Assembly: GCA_034189385.1 (NCBI GenBank)
Contig: JAXHVD010000035.1
Coordinates: 1-24,702 of the forward strand
Reading direction: 5' to 3'
DNA length: 24,702 nucleotides
DNA from: Thermodesulfobacteriota bacterium
Lineage (GTDB): Bacteria > Desulfobacterota > Desulfobacteria > Desulfobacterales > C00003060
Both the position numbers and the translations under genes were made by a program. Positions 1-9,309 of this stretch are shown here, piece by piece; the first letter of the stretch is position 1; every line of letters begins with the position of its first letter. Under the pieces are notes generated by a model that had not been told where the DNA came from, made no database searches, and saw only the letters and a list, made by a program, of their open reading frames with translations.

Positions 1-964
1 GGTAGTGATGCAACGTACGCCTTCTCCCCCTTTAGGCCTTGACTGACGCATAAAACTATGGCAATGTGACACAACTTAACTTTCCAATATCACCAGAGAA
101 ACTCACCTTTGTTACGTATACATGCTATGCTGAGCATCTATTTGAAAGGCCGAAATTTTCGGATATTCACCTCATATTGTGGCTCATGAGCATGAAGGCG
201 CCCCACTTCAAGCCTGCCATTTTGGTGTAGCTCCGGGTTCTTGTGTGGGCCTCCCTGCTCAGATGTTCCAAGGGCACCCCCCTCCTCCAATTTCCCCCGC
301 GGGTTTCACACCGATCTGCAATCGGACTGGGTATAGTGTGCTCTGTTGAGGGCCAATGGTCCCCACCACAGGTCTGGTTTTCACCCTAGAGAATTGCGGA
401 CCTGTAATGAGTGTTTCCCTACGCCGTCCAATCCCGCACCTTCATTCAGTACACAAATACGGTCTTTCTATCAAAAAAATACAGTCTTCACCGTATTGAT
501 TTTGCCTCTTGTAATGCTTTTAATGTGTTTAGCGACAGAATTCTGGGGCCGGAGGCAAGACGTGACCTCACTGCAACTATTCTAAACGATAGGATGAGAC
601 ACTGACCCCGGCTCCGGTACTGCCGCACCTTATGATGTTTTGAGACCGCCGTTAGACTAAAGGGCAAGTAACATGCAACGGGCTTGTGGTATACGTTACA
701 AGTCTGCAATAGAATCATCTTGTTGATTGCTATTGGCTCTTGCAAGCGCTGTCCATTGGAGGCCCCAGAGCCATCCCACAACATGTTGAAGTGACCCCGC
801 CTGGGTTCCGTTAGCCCGTCAAGGCTGTTCCTCTGCATAAAATCAATCATCAACCATGGCTCGGAATGCTTCCCACGTTTCATTGTCAATCAATGGGGTT
901 ACGCGCAGCGCTGATGCTTACACGGATAGGATCACTGATCGAATAACCTTTTAATCATAGCAAT

Positions 965-1106
965 AAACTACCCCGCCGCAAGCAGCGGGGTATCATATGT
1001 CATGCCGGACTTGATCCGGCATCCAGTCTGGTTTTCTGGATTCCGGCGTGGGCCGGAATGACGGACACGCGGCAAGCCGCGGGGAATGAACCCCGAGAGA
1101 TTCAAA
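965..1106. repeat. Nested palindromic repeat (REP/RPE-like element inside a MITE-like palindromic repeat)
   Basis: Outer parts are TACCCCGCCGCAAGCAGCGGGGTA (~969-992) and CGCGGCAAGCCGCG GGGAATGAACCCC (~1068-1094). The inner part is GTCATGCCGGACTTGATCCGGCATCCAG...CTGGATTCCGGCGTGGGCCGGAATGAC (999-1062), with GTCAT/ATGAC ends. It resembles dispersed palindromic repeats I recall from deltaproteobacterial intergenic DNA. Confidence 0.7.
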
Positions 1107-1953
1107 ATCCATATCCTATGCCTAAGAATCCCGAACAGGACGTGGACGTTCCAAGGTCTCCCCTGGCCGTGGTGAAAGAATAGCTCGCCCAAAGAAAAAG
1201 GGATGCCGTCACATCAAAGCCCAGGTCTGCGCTGATGGTATGCTGGTGAACAGATTCTCGTATCACATCGGTTCCAAAGGCCTGGGAATATCGGCGACGG
1301 GCCCTGTGGCGGCCAGCACCCTGGCCCGATGACGTTTCTGTTTCCGCGTCCACGGCCCTGAAGGAGTCTCCATGGGCAAATTCGTAGCCGATTTCGCCAA
1401 AGGACCAAGGGGTCCAGTTTACTCCAAGAAAGCCCCCTAGGGCATGCTCCGTAAAGGAATAGGTGTCCGCCTCTGCGTGGCTGTCGGTAAAGACGTAATA
1501 GGCGCCGATGTAACGATTCCTTCTCCATTTGCGATTCAGGTTCACCTTGGCCCCAAGTGTGAGGGCTGACTGATCTTCGTCCTTTACCGCTTTTCCCTCC
1601 AAGAAGGCAGAGAGGCCCACATCCCATATCCTGCCGAGCCTATATACGGCCCCCGGTGCAATGGTGGCCACAGCACAGTTAAGATCGCTGAAATCCTCAT
1701 AGGCCGTGCCATCTACACTTACGGTGGCATTCCATGTGAATCGGGATTCCTGAACAGGCTCCCAGGTGTAGAGGGCATAACCCGTGACGTACCAGTCGTC
1801 CTCCTCATCATGAACAGACCGGTTGACATTGCTGTCAAAGCCCGCTTCTGTTCCTACTTCCCAGGCCCAAGCAGCTTTGCCATGAGAGAATATCATGCCC
1901 CCTACCACCACACATCCGGCCAGGAAACGCATAAGACAAAAACCACGTATCAT
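1102..1953 (-). CDS. Outer-membrane beta-barrel protein
   Basis: Signal-peptide-like N-terminus (..AAWA), GFDSNV motif, alternating aromatic/hydrophobic strands and C-terminal GIGYGF. Last gene of the sigma-54 operon. Confidence 0.75.
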   Translation of the reverse strand: MIRGFCLMRFLAGCVVVGGMIFSHGKAAWAWEVGTEAGFDSNVNRSVHDEEDDWYVTGYALYTWEPVQESRFTWNATVSVDGTAYEDFSDLNCAVATIAPGAVYRLGRIWDVGLSAFLEGKAVKDEDQSALTLGAKVNLNRKWRRNRYIGAYYVFTDSHAEADTYSFTEHALGGFLGVNWTPWSFGEIGYEFAHGDSFRAVDAETETSSGQGAGRHRARRRYSQAFGTDVIRESVHQHTISADLGFDVTASLFLWASYSFTTARGDLGTSTSCSGFLGIGYGF

Positions 1954-1979
1954 AGGCTTTTCATTTCCAGTAGCCCCCG

Positions 1980-2552
1980 TTATCGCTGCCCGTGGCGCAT
2001 ACGGCTGCCACCGCTTCTACCGGCACCCCTTCCCGTGGGCGAACCGAAACGGCCTGCTGTTCCAGGGCCTCTCCTTCTTGATCCTTTCCAGAGCGCAGAG
2101 CCGTGTTCACTCCGAAAGACCACCGATTTTCCGGAAGCAACGACATCTATCTCCTGGGCCACGATGTATAGGTTTCCGTCTTTTCCCAGAGACTTTGAAC
2201 CCCGGACCCGGACTTCGGTCCCTTCGGAAATCTCTTCGGACTCGTCACCCCAGTACCACGCCGGGCCCGATAGGACTACGTAGGTCTCCCGCTCACCCGT
2301 GAGTTTAAAGGAGACGGGGCCCCTTTCCGCGAGCACCAGGCCGCTCACCTTTCCCTGCACCTCGCCCACCGTGTTCGGATCAAACCCGCCCGGATAACGG
2401 ATGCCGCTTTCGGGAAGGACGGTCTCCTCCTGTGCCGCAACCCAGGGCACCGGAAAGAAACATGCTGCACAAAAACAAAGGCACAGCAGGACAGCCACTG
2501 CTGCCCTGCTGTGGATTGCGATTGGGTTGCTAGTTGTTTTGACCTGGGCCAT
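1980..2552 (-). CDS. Exported protein with OB-fold-like domain (MamS/MamX-like) and Gly/Arg-rich tail
   Basis: Start reassigned to ATG 2552 (MAQVKTT), which overlaps the upstream gene end. Hydrophobic signal; FDPNTVGEVQGKV, SGPAWYW and GTEVRVRGS motifs. Confidence 0.6.
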   Translation of the reverse strand: MAQVKTTSNPIAIHSRAAVAVLLCLCFCAACFFPVPWVAAQEETVLPESGIRYPGGFDPNTVGEVQGKVSGLVLAERGPVSFKLTGERETYVVLSGPAWYWGDESEEISEGTEVRVRGSKSLGKDGNLYIVAQEIDVVASGKSVVFRSEHGSALWKGSRRRGPGTAGRFGSPTGRGAGRSGGSRMRHGQR

Positions 2553-2829
2553 TTCCGGTTCCGTCCTCGGGACGAACACCCCCACTGCCCGTACCATCAC
2601 CAGGGCCATAGGTATTTCCCTGCCTTTTCATGGCGCCGGCCTTGCCTGCGGCCGCCTTTCCACAAGACCCGTCGCGAAGACGGCGCTGCTTGCGCACGCC
2701 GCTCTGCTCTTCGGTCGTGGCATTCCCCTTCATCTTTCCGTATCCTTTCCCGGCCAGGCTTGCCGGAGGAAATGCCAACATCGCCATGAAACCGCCTATC
2801 AGAATAGCAGTAACAAGGTTTCTCTTCAT
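2530..2829 (-). CDS. Small secreted Gly-rich protein (RLRDGSC and GPGDGTG/PEDGTG motifs)
   Basis: SD AAAGGAGGTGA before ATG 2829; signal peptide MKRNLV...ASLA; first gene after a sigma-54 promoter. Confidence 0.8.
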   Translation of the reverse strand: MKRNLVTAILIGGFMAMLAFPPASLAGKGYGKMKGNATTEEQSGVRKQRRLRDGSCGKAAAGKAGAMKRQGNTYGPGDGTGSGGVRPEDGTGNGPGQNN

Positions 2830-2870
2830 CTTCTCACCTCCTTTCATGACCTGTCTGGGTCATGAATAAG

Positions 2871-2885
2871 GCAAGGATGGTGCCA
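2871..2885 (-). promoter_or_regulatory. Sigma-54 (-24/-12) promoter
   Basis: Minus strand TGGCAC-CATCC-TTGC matches the TGGCAC-N5-TTGC consensus and lies next to an NtrC-type activator gene. Confidence 0.9.
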
Positions 2886-2974
2886 AAGGAGGAAGAAATT
2901 TATAACCAAATAGAATATATAAACAAATTTAAGAGGACTGGGGGGCGAATCCGTTCCCGGCCTCTCGTCCTTCC

Positions 2975-3008
2975 TGCAATAACTGCATCCCTAGGTGCAA
3001 GCAATGCA
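2975..3008. promoter_or_regulatory. Putative enhancer: two TGCA-N5-TGCA boxes for the adjacent sigma-54 activator
   Basis: TGCAATAACTGCA (2975-2987) and TGCAAGCAATGCA (2996-3008) start 21 bp apart, about 90-120 bp upstream of the -24 element. An AT-rich tract (~2895-2930) lies between, possibly an IHF site. Confidence 0.7.
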
Positions 3009-3016
3009 TCTGCCCC

Positions 3017-4345
3017 CTACAGCCCGTACTCTTTAATGCGATACTGAAGCGTTCGGACGGAGATCCCCAGTCTTTCGGCTGCCTTCTTCCGGTTCCCCCC
3101 GACCTCAGAAAGGACCTTTTCGATCATCTCCCGTTCGGTGGCCTTTAGCAGGCCCTCCTTATAGGGCTCCCTTTTCTCAGAGACCTCAAGGTTCAGGTGA
3201 TGGATGTCTATCTGGTCGGCTGCAAGGATAACGGCCCGTTCAATCACGTTTTGCAATTCCCGGATGTTTCCGGGCCATGTGTACTCGACCAGGGCCGATC
3301 TGGCCTGGGCCGTGAAACCTCTTATCCCCTTTCCAAATGCGCCTGCAAACTTGGCGGAAAAATGCTCTGCCAGCGGGAGAATCGCCTCGGCTCGGTCTCT
3401 GAGAGGCGGGAGCAAGATAGGAAAGACGTTGAGGCGGTAGAAGAGATCTTCCCGGAACCGGCCCGCAGTGACCTCGGACTTAAGGTCCTTGTTGGTGGAG
3501 GAAATGACGCGCACATCTACGGTCAGGGGCCTAACGCCGCCCACCCGCTCGAACTCTTGCTCCTGCAAAACCCGCAGAAGCTTTACCTGTATGGAAGGGG
3601 AAATCTCGCCGATCTCGTCCAGAAACAGGGTCCCGCCGTCGGCCAGCTCGAATCTGCCCTTGCGCATGGCCGTGGCCCCGGTGAAGGCTCCCCGTTCGTG
3701 GCCGAAGAGCTCGCTTTCCAGAAGGGTCTCTGCCAAGGCAGCGCAATGGACGCTCACAAAGGGCTTCTCCTTTCTGGGACTCATCTGGTGAAGGAGCCGG
3801 GCGATGAGCTCTTTTCCCGTGCCGCTGGGCCCGCTGATCAAGACCGTGGCAGGGGTAGGTGCGACCTCATGGACCATCCGCTGGACCGTCTGCATCTCCT
3901 CGCCCAAAAATATCATCCCCGTGGGCGGAAAGTGTCTGCCAAGCTCTTCAGCCATGAGGGAAATCTTGCGCTCTGCTTCCACCTCCCGCATGACACGCCC
4001 TACCACGTGCCGCAGCTCGTCGGGATCTGCAAAGGGCTTTGTCAGGTAATCGGATGCGCCGATCTTCATGGCCTCCACAGCATTCTTGATGGACCCATAG
4101 GCCGTAATGACCACCCATGGGCAATCCACGCCCATCTCCTTTGCCTTTTCCATGAGGTCAAGGCCGGAGATGTCCGGCATGCGAAGATCCGTGATCACCA
4201 GGTCAAAGGTGCCGCCCCTGAGCTCGGAAAGCCCTTCACTCCCGCTGGCTGCCTCTTCCACCAAATAACCGTCTTCTGACAACACAGTGGTCATGAAGGA
4301 GCGGATCAAGGCATCATCGTCCACGATGAGAACAGATTTACCCAT
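3017..4345 (-). CDS. Sigma-54-dependent response regulator (NtrC/AtoC family)
   Basis: Receiver domain (VDDD, DLRMP), Walker A GPSGTGKE, GAFTGA, LFLDEIGE, WPGNIRELQN and a C-terminal Fis HTH. Confidence 0.97.
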   Translation of the reverse strand: MGKSVLIVDDDALIRSFMTTVLSEDGYLVEEAASGSEGLSELRGGTFDLVITDLRMPDISGLDLMEKAKEMGVDCPWVVITAYGSIKNAVEAMKIGASDYLTKPFADPDELRHVVGRVMREVEAERKISLMAEELGRHFPPTGMIFLGEEMQTVQRMVHEVAPTPATVLISGPSGTGKELIARLLHQMSPRKEKPFVSVHCAALAETLLESELFGHERGAFTGATAMRKGRFELADGGTLFLDEIGEISPSIQVKLLRVLQEQEFERVGGVRPLTVDVRVISSTNKDLKSEVTAGRFREDLFYRLNVFPILLPPLRDRAEAILPLAEHFSAKFAGAFGKGIRGFTAQARSALVEYTWPGNIRELQNVIERAVILAADQIDIHHLNLEVSEKREPYKEGLLKATEREMIEKVLSEVGGNRKKAAERLGISVRTLQYRIKEYGL

Positions 4346-5606
4346 GCCTATAGCTTCCCCCCTTTGGCAGACGAACGGTCATCATCGCTCCCTTTTCACC
4401 CTTGCGATTTTCAAGCCTGATCTCTCCTCCCATCCCTTCTACCACTTTCTTTGAATAGGCCAGACCCAGCCCGGTGCCGTCCGTCTTGGTAGTGTGAAAG
4501 GGCGTAAAGAGGCGCGGGATGTCCTCTTCCTTGATCCCGAGCCCGGCATCTTCTACCGTAACAACCACCTCTTTTTTCTGGGAACGGGCCGAGATGCCCA
4601 CATGGCCGGTGTGGCCCATGGCCTCTAGGGCGTTTCTGATCGCGTTTACCATGACACGGTGAAGCTTTTCCCTGTCCGCAAAAACGGTCAGCCCTGCATC
4701 CACATCCATAGCCACATCCCCTTCCCAGGACGACACGGACCCCTCACAGGCAGCTTGGATAAGAGGACGGAGCTCAAAAGATGTCATTTCATAGACTTCT
4801 TCTTTTGAGAAGCGCAAAAGGTCATTTACCAGGGATTCGATCCGCGCTGTACCTTGTAAGACCACCCCAAGAGCAGTCTTTTGGGGACCTGATTCCTGGA
4901 TTTGTTTTTCCATCCATTGGCTATATCCTTTCACACTGCCCAAGGCGTTTCGGATCTCATGGGCCAGTACTGCGGTCATCTGGCCGATAAGGGTAAGCTG
5001 ACGTTGTCTTGCCATATCTTCCTGCAATCTGATGTGCCGGGTGGAGATACGCTCAAACAGAATTCCTACCGTCCACACCAGCACCAGCATGGCGCCCACA
5101 GTCCACCACAGCCTGTCCGCCCGGGATATGATACGGTCAGCAGGGGCAGTATGGAGCACCAAACGAAGCATCTCGTCCGATCCTTGGGGCCCATGTATCA
5201 CAGAATCCATCGCATAGGCCGGAACGCCAGTGCCCAACGTGATTCTCCGGCCAGAGACAATATCCCACTGTGCCCATCGCTCCACTTCTCCTTCAGGAAG
5301 TGTTGTACCCTTTAGGCGGGGATTGGTGTGGAATAAAATGGTGCCGTCTTTTGAGGCAATGAGGGCGTAGGCCACCACCCGATCCGAAAGCACAGTCCGA
5401 ACCTCTTCACTGGCTTCGCTTCCCGCCTTGCGCAGTGCTCTTTCGGCTGAGAATGAGAGGGCCATAGCTGTTCCCTCCAACGACTGTACGGCAAGGGTGC
5501 GGGCAGCCCGGGTGTTCTGACTGGTGGTGTAAATCATAGCGGCAGAAAGCATGAACAGTAGCAGGAAGAGCCCAGTCCTCAGGGGGGTCGAATAACGATA
5601 ACGCAT
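4338..5606 (-). CDS. Membrane sensor histidine kinase
   Basis: Two TM segments, H-box AHEIRNAL, N-box NAIRNALEA, G-boxes DAGLG and GTGLGL. Overlaps the regulator start. Alternative start TTG 5618. Confidence 0.95.
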   Translation of the reverse strand: MRYRYSTPLRTGLFLLLFMLSAAMIYTTSQNTRAARTLAVQSLEGTAMALSFSAERALRKAGSEASEEVRTVLSDRVVAYALIASKDGTILFHTNPRLKGTTLPEGEVERWAQWDIVSGRRITLGTGVPAYAMDSVIHGPQGSDEMLRLVLHTAPADRIISRADRLWWTVGAMLVLVWTVGILFERISTRHIRLQEDMARQRQLTLIGQMTAVLAHEIRNALGSVKGYSQWMEKQIQESGPQKTALGVVLQGTARIESLVNDLLRFSKEEVYEMTSFELRPLIQAACEGSVSSWEGDVAMDVDAGLTVFADREKLHRVMVNAIRNALEAMGHTGHVGISARSQKKEVVVTVEDAGLGIKEEDIPRLFTPFHTTKTDGTGLGLAYSKKVVEGMGGEIRLENRKGEKGAMMTVRLPKGGSYRHG

Positions 5607-5621
5607 TTGGTATACCAATCC

Positions 5622-5888
5622 CTAGCTCTGTAGGGTAGTGTCCTGCCTTTCGAGATGCAGCTTGGCGGCAACTTTAGGCGATGATGAACCAGTGGTCAAC
5701 GACGATTTCCCTTCGATGACCCCGGCGCCCATGAGTTGTGGATCAATCCGCACTTTACCGTTCGCCTATATGATGCCCTCAATCGAGCTGTTGGTGTCCA
5801 GATGAACGGGCCCTGCATCTTCCGGTGCCACTGTTTAACCAACAGTTTCATCGGATCTTTGATCGACGCTGTAGATCACGCCTTCCAT
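5622..5888 (-). pseudogene. Possible decayed gene fragment
   Basis: One frame reads MEGVIYSVD...VG*TVAPEDAGPVHLDTNSSIEGII*ANGKVRID. Repeated EG(V/I)IY-like units are broken by TAA (5835-5837) and TAG (5766-5768). Confidence 0.3.
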
Positions 5889-6282
5889 GTAGTCTCGGTG
5901 AATGTTCAATATGATCTATGTTAGGTAATCCCCCGATTGCACAGAGAGGAGGGCTGCTATGGTCTTCTTATCTTGAACCGAACAATGAGGCAACTGGGCT
6001 GAGATACTTCTCAAATCTGAGAACCCAATTGCCTTGGTGCGCTTCTTTCATCCAGCCTGAAGTGAAGCAGACAGGGTCATCTCCACAAAAGTTTGCGTGA
6101 TCCTGAGGGTTCTAGGGGCCATGGATCGCAGCTTTCCCCTTAAAAAGATGCGGGGCTTGCCTGCCTCAGGCATGGGTTCAAGCGAAATACTAAACCACCA
6201 GGATTCATTCAGACCAGCCGTGCTGAGGCCACGCCTTCATCTCACCCTGGTCCCAGGCGGGAACATCAGATCAGCGTCTGAT

Positions 6283-6624
6283 TCAGAGGGCAAAGTGGAG
6301 CAGCAGGGCTCGGTTCACATCTTTCATGACCTCGTCGGGGAGGTGCCCGAGTTTCTCAAGGAGGCGCACCTTGTCCACCGCGCGGGTCTGGTTCACCATG
6401 ACCTTTGAGCGGCTACGGAGACCGCCGGTTCGGGCTGTGACTTCCACTTCAAAGGAATACACCCGGGTAACATTGGAAGTGATGGGGGCAATAGAGATGA
6501 TGGGGGAATGGGTGTTGTTGATGTCGTTTGAGACCACAAGTCCAGGACGCGTCTTTTTGGCCTCCGCACCAATGGTGGGATCAAAATTGACCAGAAAGAC
6601 ATCTCCTCGCCTAATCGATGCCAT
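6283..6624 (-). CDS. mazF: Type II TA toxin, PemK/MazF family endoribonuclease
   Basis: Likely true start ATG 6624 (MASIRRGDVFLVNFDPTIGAEAKKTRPGLVVSND), overlapping the antitoxin end. APITS and QTRAVDKVRL motifs. Confidence 0.95.
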   Translation of the reverse strand: MASIRRGDVFLVNFDPTIGAEAKKTRPGLVVSNDINNTHSPIISIAPITSNVTRVYSFEVEVTARTGGLRSRSKVMVNQTRAVDKVRLLEKLGHLPDEVMKDVNRALLLHFAL

Positions 6625-6829
6625 CGTCGATGGCGCCCTCCATTTCCGCATTGACGCGCCGCATGTCCGCCGAAGCCTCCTCGTACTCACGGGCTAATCG
6701 CTGGTTCCGAATCTCCTCAAGGGCGCGGGACACGGCCTCCTGAATGAATTTGCTCCTCTTTCTGGGCTTGACACTCCTGGAAAGCTCCTCCAAGAGATCC
6801 TCATGAAGTGTGATGTTGATGCGAGGCAA
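6611..6829 (-). CDS. Ribbon-helix-helix antitoxin (CopG/NdoAI-like)
   Basis: 72 aa; RINITL beta strand, RSKFIQEAV helix and acidic tail; directly upstream of and overlapping the toxin. Confidence 0.9.
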   Translation of the reverse strand: MPRINITLHEDLLEELSRSVKPRKRSKFIQEAVSRALEEIRNQRLAREYEEASADMRRVNAEMEGAIDDGID

Positions 6830-6863
6830 TAAAACGCACCCCCTTATGATATCTTTTTATGAC

Positions 6864-6892
6864 ACACTACTAATACACCGACAAAATGTCAA
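6864..6892 (-). promoter_or_regulatory. Sigma-70 promoter of the TA operon
   Basis: Minus strand TTGACA-17 nt-TAGTGT. Confidence 0.75.
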
Positions 6893-7139
6893 GAGGCGCC
6901 TTGCACCAGACGCCGACATGGACTTACGAAGAACCGAGGATTTGCGGATGCGATCTACCTTGATACCAGCCGTCGCAACGAGGCCACGGCTTTTCCCGCA
7001 CCCGGCCACAGGGCTTTGCCTGTTTCACTTTCGCCGGGGCAACAGGAAATCAGACCCGCATGGACTCAAGAGGTGCTGAGGCGAAGACAGGAGGTGCCGG
7101 ATTCCCCTAGGCCTTCATCTCCTGGACGGCGCCATGCTC

Positions 7140-7709
7140 CTATGGACGTACACGCCTTATGGTCAGGTTGACTTTGGCCTGCTCTTCCAAGAGCTCAATA
7201 AGGCTAAATGGTTCCTTGAAGTCTTTTCCCACAGAGACCACGCCGTGGTCTTTTAAGACGACAATCTGGGATCCCTTTAAGGCCTCCACAACCGGTTTTG
7301 TATCTGTAACCGTTGGACTCTCCTGGGGAATCACAGCGACATTTCCAAGATAGAATTTTGCTTCAAAGGAGAAGATGTCCAGGCTCTCGAAGTAATGGAA
7401 AAGGGCAACCGTAAAGGGTGGGTGGGCATGTAAGATCACTTCATGATCTGCAAAGGCACGGTGGATATCTAGATGTAGACTCTTTTCGCTCGTTGTCTCC
7501 CTTTTTCCTTCAAGGACGGCCCCCTCGGAGTCTATCAAAAGGACATCTTCCTCTTCCAGGTGCCCCAGGTAGGAGTCGTGTGCGGTGATGAGTATCTTCT
7601 CTGGGGCGATCTTGTAGGACATGTTTCCGCTCCTTGCCGTGACAAAACCCCTTTCGTTCAAAAGACGGGCCCACCTCATGACCTCTTTTCTTTGATTCTC
7701 AAAACGCAT
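7140..7709 (-). CDS. Class II aldolase/adducin family protein (FucA-like)
   Basis: SD AAGGAG before ATG 7709; SGNMS, SEKSLH, HAHPP and DHG metal-binding motifs. Confidence 0.9.
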   Translation of the reverse strand: MRFENQRKEVMRWARLLNERGFVTARSGNMSYKIAPEKILITAHDSYLGHLEEEDVLLIDSEGAVLEGKRETTSEKSLHLDIHRAFADHEVILHAHPPFTVALFHYFESLDIFSFEAKFYLGNVAVIPQESPTVTDTKPVVEALKGSQIVVLKDHGVVSVGKDFKEPFSLIELLEEQAKVNLTIRRVRP

Positions 7710-7835
7710 TCTTTTCTCCTTGTGGCCCACAGACCACATACCTGCCAACCGAACCAAAGACATCACCATATGTCGGCCTCTGCTGAAATGGCAAGGACTT
7801 TTGTCAGGTCACACTCCTCTTGGGACAGCATTTAC

Positions 7836-7888
7836 ATTGATTTTTTCAATCTTTAGACTCATCTATTATCAATATTAACTATTGGACT
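7836..7888 (+). promoter_or_regulatory. LysR-type operator/promoter of the yedE operon
   Basis: ATTGA-N5-TCAAT (7836-7850; T-N11-A). A second box ATCAATATTAACTAT (7868-7882) abuts the -35-like TGGACT. Aligns without gaps to the yedF upstream region. Confidence 0.7.
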
Positions 7889-7971
7889 TTTTCCATCTGA
7901 TTCGACATGTTTAGGCCTTCTGGCGCTGGCACTTACGTTCAAACAGATTTCAGAGGGAAAGGAGAGCCGCA

Positions 7972-9063
7972 GTGGGACAGATCAGAAACTTCCTGGCCAC
8001 CAAATGGGGAATCATGTCAGTGGGAGCCTTTATCGGCGTCTTTGCCACTTTGCTGCAAAGATGGGGTAATCCCGGCAACATGGGGGTTTGCGTGGCCTGC
8101 TTTGAGCGAGACATTGCAGGGGGCCTGGGGCTCCATCGTGCGGCCGTGGTTCAGTATATCCGCCCGGAAATCATTGGATTTGTCATCGGCGCGCTCATTG
8201 CAGCCTATGCCTTTAGGGAATTCAGGCCCCGGGCAGGGTCTGCGCCCATTGTCCGCTTCGTTCTTGGCGTTTTTGCCATGATTGGAGCCTTGGTCTTTCT
8301 GGGGTGTCCTTGGCGCGCCATGCTGCGGCTTACGGGTGGTGACGGCAATGCCATCCTGGGGCTTCTGGGACTGGTTGTGGGTATCTGGATCGGGACCTTT
8401 TTTCTTAAAGGGGGCTACAACCTGGGGCGAAGCAAAGAAACCTATGCATCGGTTGGCTGGCTGTTACCCCTTACCATGGCCGGGTTTCTCATCTTTCTGC
8501 TGATCTTTCCACAGGTAGAGGGGGAGGCAAAAAGCGGGATTTTATTCTACAGCCTGAAGGGTCCTGGAGCGATGCATGCCCCTATCGGACTATCGCTCAT
8601 TGTCGGCCTTGCCATCGGTTTTCTGGCCCAACGCAGCCGTTTTTGCACCATGGGTGCCTTCAGAGACCTCATCCTCTTTCGCATCCCTTATCTTTTTTAC
8701 GGGGTGCTGGCGCTCATCGTCTTTGCCTTTATTACAAACCTCATTCTAGGGCAATTTCACGCGGGCCTTGCAGGCCAGCCAGTGGCCCACACCATGCATC
8801 TTTGGAACTTTGGCGGCATGGTCCTGGCAGGCCTGGCCTTCTGCCTTGCAGGCGGTTGCCCGGGCCGTCAACTGTTTCTGGCTGGAGAGGGTGACGGCGA
8901 CGCAGCCGTCTTTGTCTGGGGTATGATCGTAGGCGCTGGCTTTGCCCATAACTTCGGCCTGGCGAGTTCGCCGAAAGGCGTTGGGCCCCATGGTATTGCC
9001 GCCGTTATCATCGGTCTTGCCGTCTGTGCCTTTATTGGCCTAACCATGCGACAGAAAGCTTAA
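7972..9063 (+). CDS. yedE: YedE/YeeE-family putative selenium transporter
   Basis: Polytopic membrane protein with GNPGNMGVCVACF, LGCPWR, QRSRFC and GGCPGRQ motifs; in an operon with selD. Confidence 0.9.
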   Translation: MGQIRNFLATKWGIMSVGAFIGVFATLLQRWGNPGNMGVCVACFERDIAGGLGLHRAAVVQYIRPEIIGFVIGALIAAYAFREFRPRAGSAPIVRFVLGVFAMIGALVFLGCPWRAMLRLTGGDGNAILGLLGLVVGIWIGTFFLKGGYNLGRSKETYASVGWLLPLTMAGFLIFLLIFPQVEGEAKSGILFYSLKGPGAMHAPIGLSLIVGLAIGFLAQRSRFCTMGAFRDLILFRIPYLFYGVLALIVFAFITNLILGQFHAGLAGQPVAHTMHLWNFGGMVLAGLAFCLAGGCPGRQLFLAGEGDGDAAVFVWGMIVGAGFAHNFGLASSPKGVGPHGIAAVIIGLAVCAFIGLTMRQKA

Positions 9064-9084
9064 GGTTAAAAGGAGGAGGTTACG

Positions 9085-9303
9085 ATGGCCGAAATAGTTG
9101 ATGCGAGCGGACTCTCCTGTCCACAGCCCGTGCTCATGACCCTGAACAAGATAAAAGGATTGGACAAAGGAGAAATAGAGGTCTTGGTAGATACAGACAC
9201 ATCCAAAGAAAACGTCAGCCGTGCGGCCCAAAGTCAGGGTTGGGAGGTTGACGAGGTGACTGAATCGGGCACCGGGTATCGAGTCCTGATAAAGAAGGAG
9301 TAA
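9085..9303 (+). CDS. TusA/SirA-family sulfur/selenium carrier
   Basis: DASGLSCPQP (CPxP) motif, 72 aa, SD AGGAGGAGG. Confidence 0.92.
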   Translation: MAEIVDASGLSCPQPVLMTLNKIKGLDKGEIEVLVDTDTSKENVSRAAQSQGWEVDEVTESGTGYRVLIKKE

Positions 9304-9309
9304 AACGCA

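Noticed and set aside
255..425. TPP riboswitch-like words (GGGGTGC...CTGAG, GCGTAGGGAA) on the minus strand
   Set aside because: The words occur in the wrong order and the core CUGAU...AAU segment is missing.
346..889. ORF-track ORFs 346-585, 411-605 and 488-889
   Set aside because: No SD or motifs, mutually overlapping, AT-rich regulatory-looking DNA.
3197..4279. 360-aa plus-strand ORF
   Set aside because: Antisense shadow of the sigma-54 regulator.
6625..6690. N-terminal extension of the toxin in the ORF track
   Set aside because: It lies inside the antitoxin gene; family similarity starts at ATG 6624.
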